A DNA stretch of 50,968 bases from an uncultured Candidatus Saccharibacteria bacterium (GCA_964631145.1 CAZVXT010000001.1:1-50968), one strand, 5' to 3'. Shown: positions 38,761-48,649, numbered from the stretch's first letter. Made by a program: numbers and translations. The notes: generated by a model from the letters alone, not told the origin.

Positions 38761-38814
38761 AATTTGTGGAATTAATTTATAGGATTATTATATCAATATT
38801 TTTACAAACAAAAA

Positions 38815-39311
38815 AGCGCCCCTTCTCGGGCCCCAATTTATATATAATGAACGAGCCGGAAGTAGGCGCTATCTGACAAATTTCTCAGATAGTCGCCGCT
38901 CTAGCTGCAGGATCCCAAACTTTATGAGACCCTAAACCTAGAGCAGTCGCTACCAACATTGAATTAGTCAGTTTCTAGCATAATGCTAGAGCGTCTGTAT
39001 CCCAAACGATATCAAACTGCACTCCAAACTTCTCTTGTGGTCTTTCGACCTAAAACTTTTGTTCTATTTTTTTTGTTTTTGTTTTTGAAAAATTTTTTGT
39101 CGGTATTAAAGGACACCGAAGAACCTACATTTGTTTTTGTTTTTTTAGTCAGCTTTGTTTGGTAAAGCTATAACGAGAAGTTTAAAGGAAAGCTACGCTC
39201 TATAATACACTTTGTAAAACAAAGTCTCTAGAAATTACAGCGCAGGTTACCTTTGTTCAGCAATCGTTTGAGATTTTTATTTTTATTTCAAAGAACTAAT
39301 CAACTTGTAGT
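38815..39311 (-). ncRNA. Candidate large structured non-coding RNA (unassigned)
   Basis: Promoter TTGACT-17-TATCAT at 39346-39318; no ORF of 60 aa or more on this strand; many hairpins and long-range helices; GC hairpin plus U-tract at the 3' end. Confidence 0.55.
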
Positions 39312-39317
39312 ATATAT

Positions 39318-39346
39318 ATGATAACAGAATTTTTACTAAAAGTCAA
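39318..39346 (-). promoter_or_regulatory. Promoter TTGACT-17-TATCAT driving the ORF-less structured region
   Basis: Direct reading of the minus strand. Confidence 0.7.
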
Positions 39347-41489
39347 TATCATTTTGCAAAACTTTTACATTTTTTCTTAAACTCAATCTAAAAGTTAACT
39401 TAGACATTAAAATATTTAACAAAATTTGATCCAAATCTGTAAATTCATTTCTATATTTTTTATATACACAACTTTGGTAATAATTATTAACCAATTGTAT
39501 ATCCTTATTTAGCATTAAAAGCTGATCGCAATCAATTTGATACTTCTGTTTGACTATAAAATCGCTAGTTGCTAACAAAATACAACTATTAAATAATGAG
39601 AAGTTTCTAAATATTTTATTACCACTGCCCGAATAATCTTGCGCCAACACATGAGAAAATTGTTTTAGCTGTATATAATACTTTTTATAGAAATCCTTAA
39701 CCGATATAGCGCTATCAAAGATAACAGCTGTACTTAAAATATTATTTGTTAAATAATTTGCAAGATTATCATATGAAGATATGCTAATTGAATTATTTTC
39801 TAAATTTTTAGATTCCACAGCAATCTCTGTATCTAATCCTAGACGTTCGTTAATAAATAAAAGTGAATCGAAATTTAAAATATTTGTTGAATAAGCAGTA
39901 CTCTCAAATTTGAACCATAAATTTTTTAGAGTTAAGGCAATATCTAATGGTTGAGAGTAGATAAATATATTATATTTTTCTAAACTCGCCCATTTCAAAT
40001 AACCCTCTCTAAAATTAAACATTTCAGATAGATCAGCTTTCAATTTATTTAATATTTCTGGTAATAGCTTATTTGATAAAGAATCTAGTTTAACCAGAAA
40101 GTTGTTTACACTGTTCTGTAGCTTTAAATACTCATAGCTATCATCTTTATAAAAATCGTTTAGCGGGTACACTGCATACTGAGCTGTGATATTTTTGATT
40201 AAAGATATATGGAACAAGCCAAACAACAGATCTGCCTGAGCCAATAGATTTGCCAATAACCCTGCATCTTCCTCGGACAAACTCTCTTCTTCTCCAAAAG
40301 ACTTTTTTAAATTAAACAATAACCCCAACCAAGAAAGTCTCTTTTCTAATTTTGAAGTTACATAGTGTTCAAATTGAGTTATGTTGGAAATGATTAATCT
40401 ATAAAATTTAAAATCATCATTAGATGAAGATAGTCCCAGGAGTGTTTGATAGCTCATACATAAACTATCGGAGTTATAGTTTTCTTCACCACCAGTAATA
40501 AAACTTTTAAACTGCCCGCCGAAAAATGAAAGGTTTAAATCTAAGATTGTTTTACATTGCCAATTTGTTTCCTGCCAAACTAAAATTTTTAAAACAAATC
40601 TTAGTTCTTCTGAAGTTTGGGCATTGTAAAAAAATGAGTCGAATAAATTTTTGTTAAATAAATCAGAAGACCTAAAAACACCTTCTGCTGTTCCTGCTTT
40701 CCATAGATCTAAAACCTGTCTGTCTGAGGATACAGCTAAAACGTATTTACTTGATTTATTATTTAAAGAATTTGCCAACCTAAATTCGTGCTGAAAATTA
40801 TTTGCATCATATATTACCTGTTTATCAACACTCAAATCAACTTCTTCAGATTCAACTATTTCGTTTTTTAAAGAGTCTTGAAAAGTTTTTATATTTTTAA
40901 AGCTATAATTTTCTTCAAATAAATGTTGCCATGAAAAAATTCCTCTGCGCATTACGTTGCGCAAATTTTGTTTAAGTTCTAAACTGTAACTTGAAAAAAT
41001 ATTTAATAAATCGTTTAGAAGCAACGCGGTAGTAACAGCATCAGATAAAGCCCTATGACTTCCTGTATGTTTGATATCAAAATAGTGAGCTAGATTTTCT
41101 AAATTATAACTATGATGTGTGGGTAACAAAAATTGCACCAACTCTAACGTATCTATTACATTACCTGAAAGCTTTACACCTACACTTTCTAAAAATTTTA
41201 CATCTAAGGTTGGGTTATGTGCTAATAAAGTTTTGTCTGATAATTTTGCTGACAAAAATTCTACAAAATCTGTAATCTTAGGTGCTGCGTCTAACTCTTC
41301 CTGAGTGATGCCGGTAAGACCTAAGATTTTTTCATGAACTTCAATATCTGGTTGAAAAACCTGTTGCCATTTTTCTCCCAAAACCACACCTTCTTCAGTT
41401 ACATCAAAAAATACAAATCCAATTTCTAAGATCTGGTCTTTTTCTGGTTCGAAGCCAGTAAACTCTAAATCAATGCTGCAATATTTCAT
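39336..41489 (-). CDS. DEDDh 3'-5' exonuclease (DnaQ-like) fused to a degenerate DinG-like helicase region
   Basis: SIDLEFTG, LAHNPTLD, HRALSDA. The C-terminal ~500 aa show no Walker A or DEAH motif. Confidence 0.8.
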   Translation of the reverse strand: MKYCSIDLEFTGFEPEKDQILEIGFVFFDVTEEGVVLGEKWQQVFQPDIEVHEKILGLTGITQEELDAAPKITDFVEFLSAKLSDKTLLAHNPTLDVKFLESVGVKLSGNVIDTLELVQFLLPTHHSYNLENLAHYFDIKHTGSHRALSDAVTTALLLNDLLNIFSSYSLELKQNLRNVMRRGIFSWQHLFEENYSFKNIKTFQDSLKNEIVESEEVDLSVDKQVIYDANNFQHEFRLANSLNNKSSKYVLAVSSDRQVLDLWKAGTAEGVFRSSDLFNKNLFDSFFYNAQTSEELRFVLKILVWQETNWQCKTILDLNLSFFGGQFKSFITGGEENYNSDSLCMSYQTLLGLSSSNDDFKFYRLIISNITQFEHYVTSKLEKRLSWLGLLFNLKKSFGEEESLSEEDAGLLANLLAQADLLFGLFHISLIKNITAQYAVYPLNDFYKDDSYEYLKLQNSVNNFLVKLDSLSNKLLPEILNKLKADLSEMFNFREGYLKWASLEKYNIFIYSQPLDIALTLKNLWFKFESTAYSTNILNFDSLLFINERLGLDTEIAVESKNLENNSISISSYDNLANYLTNNILSTAVIFDSAISVKDFYKKYYIQLKQFSHVLAQDYSGSGNKIFRNFSLFNSCILLATSDFIVKQKYQIDCDQLLMLNKDIQLVNNYYQSCVYKKYRNEFTDLDQILLNILMSKLTFRLSLRKNVKVLQNDIDF

Positions 41490-41650
41490 ATAAGGTAATT
41501 ATAGATGATACCTAAAATTTATGTAATAGTCAATCAGTAAATATAAATCAAAAAAACTCGACTAAATTGCCGAGTTATATTTATAAAGAGTAATTAGATT
41601 TAAGAATAAAAATTTTTCGTGTTATTACTAAAATACAAAGTTTTATTATC

Positions 41651-41791
41651 TCAATTAGATCGGAAGAAGTTTGTATTACCTACTTGGGTAAATTCGACCA
41701 TAGTTAAACCACCGGGGTATGTAAACCTAATAGCTACAGTGTTTTGTGAATAATAAGATCCACCCTTAAAAATTAAATCTTGTTTTTTCAT
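41651..41791 (-). CDS. 46-aa small protein missed by the ORF track (MKKQDLIFKGGSYYSQNTVAIRFTYPGGLTMVEFTQVGNTNFFRSN)
   Basis: AGGAGG 5 nt before the ATG; downstream terminator aactcgg...cgagttttttt at ~41555-41580. Confidence 0.6.
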   Translation of the reverse strand: MKKQDLIFKGGSYYSQNTVAIRFTYPGGLTMVEFTQVGNTNFFRSN

Positions 41792-41861
41792 AATTGCCTC
41801 CTAAAAATTTTTATTAATATATCAGCATTATAAAAACACCGCAAGGGTGCTTTTATAATTA

Positions 41862-42920
41862 TTATTCTTCTTGCTCAATAGCTTTATTAGGTATTGACTC
41901 TCCGGATTTTAATTTGTCTCTAAGCTGTTTATCCACCTCTTCAAAAATATCTTTATGTTCTTTAAGAAATGTTTTAGCATTTTCTCTTCCTACTCCCAAT
42001 TTAACATCTCCAAAAGAATATGAATTTCCACTTTTACTAATAACTTCCATAAGCAATGCAGTATCTAGAACGTCACCGCTAGCTGAAATACCTTCGTTAT
42101 ACATAATATCAAATTCCGCTGCCTTAAATGGTGCTGCTACTTTATTTTTCACCACTTTTGCTTTAGTACGGTTTCCTATAATTTTATCTCCTGCTTTAAT
42201 CTGAGCAGTTCTACGAATTTCTACACGAACCGAAGCATAAAACTTTAAGGCGTTTCCACCAGTTGTAGTTTCTGGGTTACCAAACATAACTCCAATCTTC
42301 ATACGTATCTGGTTAATAAAAATAACAGTGGTATTGGTTTTTGAAATTATTGCAGTAAGTTTGCGCAAAGCTTGGCTCATTAATCTAGCTTGAAGACCCA
42401 TATGAGAAGCACCCATTTCACCTTCAATTTCTGCTCGAGGTGTTAACGCTGCAACAGAGTCTATAACTATCAAATCTAAAGCATTACTTCTTACTAAAGT
42501 TTCTGCGATATCCAATGCTTGCTCACCGCTATCAGGTTGGGAGATTAACAAATCATCTAACTGAACGCCAATTTTTTTAGCATAATCAGGATCAAGAGCA
42601 TGTTCTGCGTCAATGAAGGCTGCAAGACCACCGCGCTTTTGAACCTCTGCAATCATGTGCAAAGTTAAAGTGGTCTTTCCAGAACTTTCAGGTCCATAAA
42701 TTTCTACAATTCTTCCTTTTGGAATACCGCCAACACCAAGAGCCATATCCAAACTTATACTTCCAGTAGGGATTGCTTCAATATTTAACTTCTCGTTATC
42801 TGAGATTTTCATAATACTACCATCACCAAATTTATCACGAATTTGATCAATAGCATTTTCTACTGCAGCCATCTTACCATTAGAACTAATAGTTGTATTT
42901 TTTTTAGTTGCTTTAGCCAT
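41862..42920 (-). CDS. recA: Recombinase RecA
   Basis: [17 protein letters not shown]; [10 protein letters not shown]; [12 protein letters not shown]. Confidence 0.99.
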   Translation of the reverse strand: MAKATKKNTTISSNGKMAAVENAIDQIRDKFGDGSIMKISDNEKLNIEAIPTGSISLDMALGVGGIPKGRIVEIYGPESSGKTTLTLHMIAEVQKRGGLAAFIDAEHALDPDYAKKIGVQLDDLLISQPDSGEQALDIAETLVRSNALDLIVIDSVAALTPRAEIEGEMGASHMGLQARLMSQALRKLTAIISKTNTTVIFINQIRMKIGVMFGNPETTTGGNALKFYASVRVEIRRTAQIKAGDKIIGNRTKAKVVKNKVAAPFKAAEFDIMYNEGISASGDVLDTALLMEVISKSGNSYSFGDVKLGVGRENAKTFLKEHKDIFEEVDKQLRDKLKSGESIPNKAIEQEE

Positions 42921-42930
42921 ATGTTTAAAA

Positions 42931-43968
42931 TTATTTAGAAATTATATTTTTTGAATTTAGATTAAATGGGATTGTTAATTTTTGACCATGCTTGCCCAAT
43001 ACCCCAAAAGGCTTACCATTTAAAACAGCCTCTACAGAACCAGCATCTGACGTTGTAATACTAATATCATTTTGTGCTTCAATAACTTTACTTGTTCCTG
43101 CATTCACATCTTCTTTTTGATCAGAATTATTATCTGATGTATATATTAGCTGAGAATCTTTTTTAAATTTTAATTCTAGCTTTAGTGATGGAGAAGTTTT
43201 TTCTTGCACGGGCTCTTGAGCAGTTACAGCCCCAGCTACCCTTGGCTCTTCTACCCGTAAAGATATTGTTTCTTTTCTAGTTTTACCAAATTTGTTTTTT
43301 GCTGTTATTGAAAATTCCTTTTGCCCTGGCACAACACCAAGTTGTTGCTCAAAGGTACCATCCTTATTAACAAAAACATTTTGTCCATTTACACTTAAAG
43401 TTATACCGCTATCAGTTTTACCTTTAAGCATAATAGTAGAACCTTCGATCACCGTATTAGAACTAGGCTGATAAACTTCAAGTTTAGGAGTTTTATTTAC
43501 TGACATAATTTGGACAACGACATAACCTACAAACAATACCAGTAATACCAAGGCGCTGATAATGCTAATATTTTTTGGTGTTATGGTAAGTTCAGTAAAA
43601 TACTTTTTCAACCTCGGTATTAAATCTTGAGACTCTACTATAGAGACAGTTAACAAACCTTTCTCTTTCTTATATTGAGCTATTAAATCATCTGAAGAAA
43701 TTTTATAAATAACAGATATTTTCTTCAAAAAGCCAATAACATAAACCTCTGGAGGCAAAAGATTGTATTTCCCTTGTTCTAAATAAGAAATAAACTTTTC
43801 AAAAACACCAGTTTTATGCGAGACCTCTTCAATAGTCAAATTATGATCTTTTCTTACCGAAGATAAATATTCTCCTAAAGTTTCAAATGGGATTTTTTTG
43901 GTTTCAAACTCAGAAATCATATTTATTATAGTATCACACCTATCAATACTATTTAAACATTTATTCAA
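42931..43968 (-). CDS. RodZ-like protein (XRE HTH, TM, Ig-like and DUF4115-like domains)
   Basis: [11 protein letters not shown]...[20 protein letters not shown]; TM helix; [13 protein letters not shown]; lies between ftsK and recA. Confidence 0.85.
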   Translation of the reverse strand: MNKCLNSIDRCDTIINMISEFETKKIPFETLGEYLSSVRKDHNLTIEEVSHKTGVFEKFISYLEQGKYNLLPPEVYVIGFLKKISVIYKISSDDLIAQYKKEKGLLTVSIVESQDLIPRLKKYFTELTITPKNISIISALVLLVLFVGYVVVQIMSVNKTPKLEVYQPSSNTVIEGSTIMLKGKTDSGITLSVNGQNVFVNKDGTFEQQLGVVPGQKEFSITAKNKFGKTRKETISLRVEEPRVAGAVTAQEPVQEKTSPSLKLELKFKKDSQLIYTSDNNSDQKEDVNAGTSKVIEAQNDISITTSDAGSVEAVLNGKPFGVLGKHGQKLTIPFNLNSKNIISK

Positions 43969-44016
43969 GAGTTTCTTAATTAAAAAAATAAAACCCCTTA
44001 GTTAAGGGGGTTTATT

Positions 44017-46257
44017 TTAAAAATTTTGATCTTCTTGTTCATCAGCACCATATTCAGCACGTTCACCATCTGAAACTCCATATACCTCTCTTGGTTTGGC
44101 ACCATCAGCAGGTCCTACTATACCATTTTCTTCCAGAATGTCTAATAGTCTTGCAGCTCTAGCATATCCAACGCGAAGACGCCTTTGAAGTAGTGAAGCA
44201 GATGCCTTTCCGGCTCTAAGAACTTCATCCCTTGCTTCATTGAATAATTCATCACCAGCATCAGACCCATTATCCATACCAGGGATACCCAATGCTTTTT
44301 TAGGCTTTTCAACTATCTCTTCGTTATAAATTACGGCTCCAGTTTGCTGCTTAAAGAAATCAACTACTTTGCGAACTTCCTTTTCTCCTATATAAGCACC
44401 CTGAACGCGGCGAGGTTTATTGCTTTCAGCAGAAACAAACAACATATCACCATTACCTAACAACTTTTCTGCACCGCTAGTATCTATAATAGTACGGCTA
44501 TCAATTTGACTTGCTACCGCACAAGCTATTCGAGCAGTTATATTGGCTTTAATCAATCCAGTAATAACTTCTACGCTTGGACGCTGAGTTGCCAACACCA
44601 AGTGAATACCAACTGCACGAGCCATTTGTGCCAAACGCACAATTGCCGCTTCAACATCATTTTGAGCAACAGCCATAAGATCAGCAAGCTCATCTACAAT
44701 GATTACAATATACGGTAACTTAAGTTCTGTTGTTTCGTTATATTCAGAAATATTTCTCTTTCCAACCTCTGCCAACATTTTGTACCTACGCTCCATTTCT
44801 GACACTGCCCACTTGAGCGCATTAACTGCTTTATCAGGTTCTGCAATAGCAGGAGTTAACAAATGTGGAATACCGTTATATAAACTAAGTTCTACGCGCT
44901 TCGGATCCACAACTATAAATTTTACATCTTGCGGTGTGTTTCTATATAGAAGAGAAACGAACAAACTATTAATTGCCACACTTTTACCAGTTCCGGTGGC
45001 ACCAGCAATTAACATATGAGGCATCTTTGCCAAATCAGTAATTTGAGGACGTCCGGCAACATCTCGTCCGATAGCTAACGCTAACTTACTCTTATGATTA
45101 ACGAAGTCGGACGTTTGCATAACTTCGCGAAGTCTAACAATAGCAGTTGATTTGTTTGGAACCTCTACCCCTACTAATGCCTTGCCTGGAATTGGCAATT
45201 CCATACGAATCGAATGTGCCGCGAGTGATAATGCCAAATCATTTTGCAAAGAAGCAATTTGCGATAATTTTACTCCAGTAGAAGGTCTTAAAGTATATTG
45301 CGTTACAGTTGGACCAACATTAACTTCTCCCATTTCTACTTCGATCCCAAAATCAGATAAAGTTTTTTGAATAATTGCAACATTGCTTTCAATGTTACCA
45401 GAATCTACTTTAGACTGATTATCTTCTAATAAATCAAATGGAGGCAGCTTCCAATCGCGTCGATCATCTACTGTAATTGATTCCATCTTGCTAATTTCAT
45501 CGTCTGATTTTGAAGCTACCGGCGGAAGATTAATTTTCATTTTTACCGTCTGGTCTTTAGCAGCAGGCATTTCTTCAACATCCTCATAATCATCATCTTC
45601 ACGAACCGGCTCGTTAATCTTTAATGGTTTTTGAGCAACAACAGGCTTATCCCCTGTCTCTTGATCAGATTTTTTAAACCAATCCAGTGGTGATAAATTA
45701 AATGTGATCAAAACACCAATTACAGCTAATGCCAAAATTACCAAATCACCAGCCCAAAACCCAAGAGCTCCGATAATTGGACCTGCAAACAAAGCCCCTA
45801 AGTAACCACCAGATTTTCCTTCATTAGCAATAGCGATTGCAGAAGCTCCGCCCTTTATACTGATCGAATGAACCAAACCCGCCAATGCACCAGCAACTAA
45901 AAATATTCCAACATAAGTTCTAGCATAAGGGTGAGTAGATTCTTCCCCTTCTTCCGAGCTATCAATTTTTTGCTGGAATAGCACCCAAGCAATAAGCAAA
46001 AAAATGACTGGCATTAAGTAAGCCATGACCCCAAATAATATAGAAAGGAGTTTATAAAAATATTGTCCAAGCACGCCAGCACCGCCCGCCAAACTAAACA
46101 CTGTAATTGCTGCTAATACTACAAATACTACTATAGAAATACTGCGCTTAGTATCGCTAGACAAATACAACTTTGGAGGTTTGATTGTCTTTAATATAGA
46201 AGAGTCTTCTTTTGATTGATTCTTTTTGTTTCGTCCCATAGTTTTTTTATTACTCAA
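44017..46257 (-). CDS. ftsK: DNA translocase FtsK/SpoIIIE
   Basis: 4 TM N-terminus; PHMLIAGATGTGKS; IIVDELADLM; ATQRPS; gamma domain ASLLQRRLRVGYARAARL. Confidence 0.97.
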   Translation of the reverse strand: MSNKKTMGRNKKNQSKEDSSILKTIKPPKLYLSSDTKRSISIVVFVVLAAITVFSLAGGAGVLGQYFYKLLSILFGVMAYLMPVIFLLIAWVLFQQKIDSSEEGEESTHPYARTYVGIFLVAGALAGLVHSISIKGGASAIAIANEGKSGGYLGALFAGPIIGALGFWAGDLVILALAVIGVLITFNLSPLDWFKKSDQETGDKPVVAQKPLKINEPVREDDDYEDVEEMPAAKDQTVKMKINLPPVASKSDDEISKMESITVDDRRDWKLPPFDLLEDNQSKVDSGNIESNVAIIQKTLSDFGIEVEMGEVNVGPTVTQYTLRPSTGVKLSQIASLQNDLALSLAAHSIRMELPIPGKALVGVEVPNKSTAIVRLREVMQTSDFVNHKSKLALAIGRDVAGRPQITDLAKMPHMLIAGATGTGKSVAINSLFVSLLYRNTPQDVKFIVVDPKRVELSLYNGIPHLLTPAIAEPDKAVNALKWAVSEMERRYKMLAEVGKRNISEYNETTELKLPYIVIIVDELADLMAVAQNDVEAAIVRLAQMARAVGIHLVLATQRPSVEVITGLIKANITARIACAVASQIDSRTIIDTSGAEKLLGNGDMLFVSAESNKPRRVQGAYIGEKEVRKVVDFFKQQTGAVIYNEEIVEKPKKALGIPGMDNGSDAGDELFNEARDEVLRAGKASASLLQRRLRVGYARAARLLDILEENGIVGPADGAKPREVYGVSDGERAEYGADEQEDQNF

Positions 46258-46302
46258 TTATTATAGCAGTTTTCTTTAGTTTGATAAGCAGACCAGCAAT
46301 AC

Positions 46303-46360
46303 TTGTCAAAATAATAAAAAATAGCTATAGTAATATGAAAATTTAACATTTGGAGGAAAT
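46303..46360 (+). promoter_or_regulatory. Promoter (TTGTCA-17-TATAGT) plus RBS block, copy 1
   Basis: 46311-46360 is identical (50 bp) to 47438-47487. Confidence 0.85.
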
Positions 46361-47374
46361 ATGAATAAAACCACGACTATAGAATTTTCAGAAGCTATAA
46401 AAAACGAAGGTCTAATTAACTTTGTTTCCAAAAATGCAAGCCTAATTGAACATATAAGAAACTATTGGTTATCAAAAATTGATCCTTTGATTGATTTCGA
46501 AGATGCTAAAAGAAGAGCTAGTTCAAATGGGTTTATTAGTTTTTGTTTTGCTGGCATTGTGACATGTGTAATATTATTGATACTTAGATACACCACAGAT
46601 CAAAATATGAATGATGGAATTGGAACTCTCCTAATAATTTTCACCACTGTCATTACCATATTGATTAGCTTTTCTATTTCAGCATGGTTTACAAAATATA
46701 TAGCTGCAAAGAAAATATTAGAAGATGAAGTTATAGAATACAATCAAAAAATGTCAGATTTAGAATTAAAAATTGCTAAACTTGATACAGATAAAGTTTT
46801 TTATTTGGAGTCAGCTTGTGACTTTTTAAGGAATAGTGTTTCTAGATCATTATCAGGGGAGCTAAAAAATTTACAAAACAAAGCCCAAGAATTTTATGAA
46901 AAACCAAACCAAATTTTAAAAAAAGATTTAGAAAATGCAAAAGCAATTCAAGACAAAATTAAAGCAGATAAAAACCACAGTGCTGATCTACAACAAATAA
47001 ATTTAATCATTGAAGAGATCAAATTAAGATTAAAAGAAAATCAAAATCAATTTGCCGATCTGGACTCCAAAATAATGCAAGCACAAAAAGCAACTTCAGC
47101 CATAGATGATCTTATTAATAAGCTAGAGGCAAGCAAGCAAATATTTAAAGATAAACTGGAAACACAAAAAGATATTGAATCTTTAACTAATAAGTTTTTA
47201 CTTGGAGAGTATCAATCTGTTTTAGCCAATAGTGCTTATCAAGAAATGGATAACTCTATAAATGAAGTGATAGATAAAATTAGACAGACTTTAGAACAAG
47301 TTGTTATATGTTATAACGAAGTTACAGGAAAGCAATTAAAAGCTTCGGATTTAAACCTTCAGCTTGTAGCGTAA
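46361..47374 (+). CDS. Hypothetical protein, 2 TM helices plus long coiled coil
   Basis: Hydrophobic segments at ~aa 57-76 and 86-112; Lys/Glu/Gln-rich heptads. Confidence 0.8.
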   Translation: MNKTTTIEFSEAIKNEGLINFVSKNASLIEHIRNYWLSKIDPLIDFEDAKRRASSNGFISFCFAGIVTCVILLILRYTTDQNMNDGIGTLLIIFTTVITILISFSISAWFTKYIAAKKILEDEVIEYNQKMSDLELKIAKLDTDKVFYLESACDFLRNSVSRSLSGELKNLQNKAQEFYEKPNQILKKDLENAKAIQDKIKADKNHSADLQQINLIIEEIKLRLKENQNQFADLDSKIMQAQKATSAIDDLINKLEASKQIFKDKLETQKDIESLTNKFLLGEYQSVLANSAYQEMDNSINEVIDKIRQTLEQVVICYNEVTGKQLKASDLNLQLVA

Positions 47375-47429
47375 TAATTTTTACAAAGGTATTTTAATTA
47401 ATACCTTTTTTTATTTTATTTGACCAGTC

Positions 47430-47487
47430 TTGCCAAGATAATAAAAAATAGCTATAGTAATATGAAAATTTAACATTTGGAGGAAAT
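47430..47487 (+). promoter_or_regulatory. Promoter (TTGCCA-17-TATAGT) plus RBS block, copy 2
   Basis: 50-bp identity with copy 1. Confidence 0.85.
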
Positions 47488-47488
47488 T

Positions 47489-48541
47489 ATGAATAATAAA
47501 GAATTTAGTGGTGTAGAGTTATATAACAATACTCCCAGCAACTTAAAAGAAGAAGTTCTAAATTGGCTAGATGAAAAGTCTGATAAAGAAATAGAAAAAG
47601 TTTACAAAGCCCAAACAAATGGTTTATTTACAACTGTAGCACTGACAGTATTTTGTATGGTGGTTTCGCTGATAGGAGCAATAATACTTTATGGTATTGG
47701 CACATTAAGTTTTCTTTGTGAAAAACGTCATGGAACTTGCGAAGATCCAGGAAATTATTTTTATTTTGTTCATTTTTTGTTTGTGATGTTGTTGATTATC
47801 TCTCTAAGAAACATAGCGTTTAGCTATATCTTTAAAAGAAATAATGAAGTAAAATGGACTAAGGAAAAGCAAGAAAAATATAAACAAGATTTTTTATCAT
47901 ACAAAACCTATGAGTTAAAAGATTCGATAAATTATCTAGAATATAAGAAGCAAGTTCTACAAGAAAAACAAAAAGCTGCCAAAATTGCAATGGCAGGTGC
48001 TAACATATATACCGTAGAAGAAATCAATGCAAAGTTTAAACAAGCAAGTAAAGAATATAAAACTTTAATTAGTGCAAACAATAATTCTTCTTTAAAATTA
48101 GATACTATCCAAATTAATCAACTCAAAGCAAAAGAGTTAAAAGAAAAGGTTTTAGATAAACGAGAAGTGATTATTTCTGAATATCAAAAAAATAACTCGA
48201 TCACTTTAAACAAATATCATGAAGCAAGTAATAGCTTACTAGCACTTGATACCTTAATCATTGAAATTAAAAATAAACGAATTGCATACATGGAATCCCC
48301 TTCTAATGTTCAAGCCGATAAACTAATTGAGTTTTTTGACGGAATAAATTTAACAGCAACTGAAGAAAACTATCCTTCGTTAAATAATACCTATCAATCA
48401 CTAAACGAAGCTGCTAAGAAATTTGATGATGTTGCTACAGAGGCAAATAGAATTATTAATCTGGGAAAAAATATTTCTCTTGAAGAGATTACAGGATCAC
48501 CGGTAGATAAATTTTTACAAGAAAACAATTCTTTAAGTTAA
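47489..48541 (+). CDS. Hypothetical protein, 2 TM helices plus long coiled coil (start revised to the ATG at 47489)
   Basis: GGAGG 5 nt upstream; same architecture as 46361-47374. Confidence 0.8.
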   Translation: MNNKEFSGVELYNNTPSNLKEEVLNWLDEKSDKEIEKVYKAQTNGLFTTVALTVFCMVVSLIGAIILYGIGTLSFLCEKRHGTCEDPGNYFYFVHFLFVMLLIISLRNIAFSYIFKRNNEVKWTKEKQEKYKQDFLSYKTYELKDSINYLEYKKQVLQEKQKAAKIAMAGANIYTVEEINAKFKQASKEYKTLISANNNSSLKLDTIQINQLKAKELKEKVLDKREVIISEYQKNNSITLNKYHEASNSLLALDTLIIEIKNKRIAYMESPSNVQADKLIEFFDGINLTATEENYPSLNNTYQSLNEAAKKFDDVATEANRIINLGKNISLEEITGSPVDKFLQENNSLS

Positions 48542-48649
48542 ACATTAAACCCATTATATAGAATGGGTTTTTATTTTTAATGAATTTTTTATAATTCATT
48601 TTATTCAAATTAAAAAATCATCTACTAGACCAGTAGATGATTTTTATTT

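Noticed and set aside
38983-39165. 60-aa + strand ORF in the ORF track
   Set aside because: Low-complexity Phe/Leu translation of the T-rich strand of the structured RNA region; no SD or promoter support.
38815-39311. tmRNA, group I/II intron, T-box, TPP riboswitch or IscB/TnpB omega-RNA
   Set aside because: No GGGG...T-arm-CCA tRNA-like domain or ALAA-type tag; no complete P7 or domain V; no T-box or ACCUG motifs; no adjacent nuclease ORF. Only isolated short resemblances.
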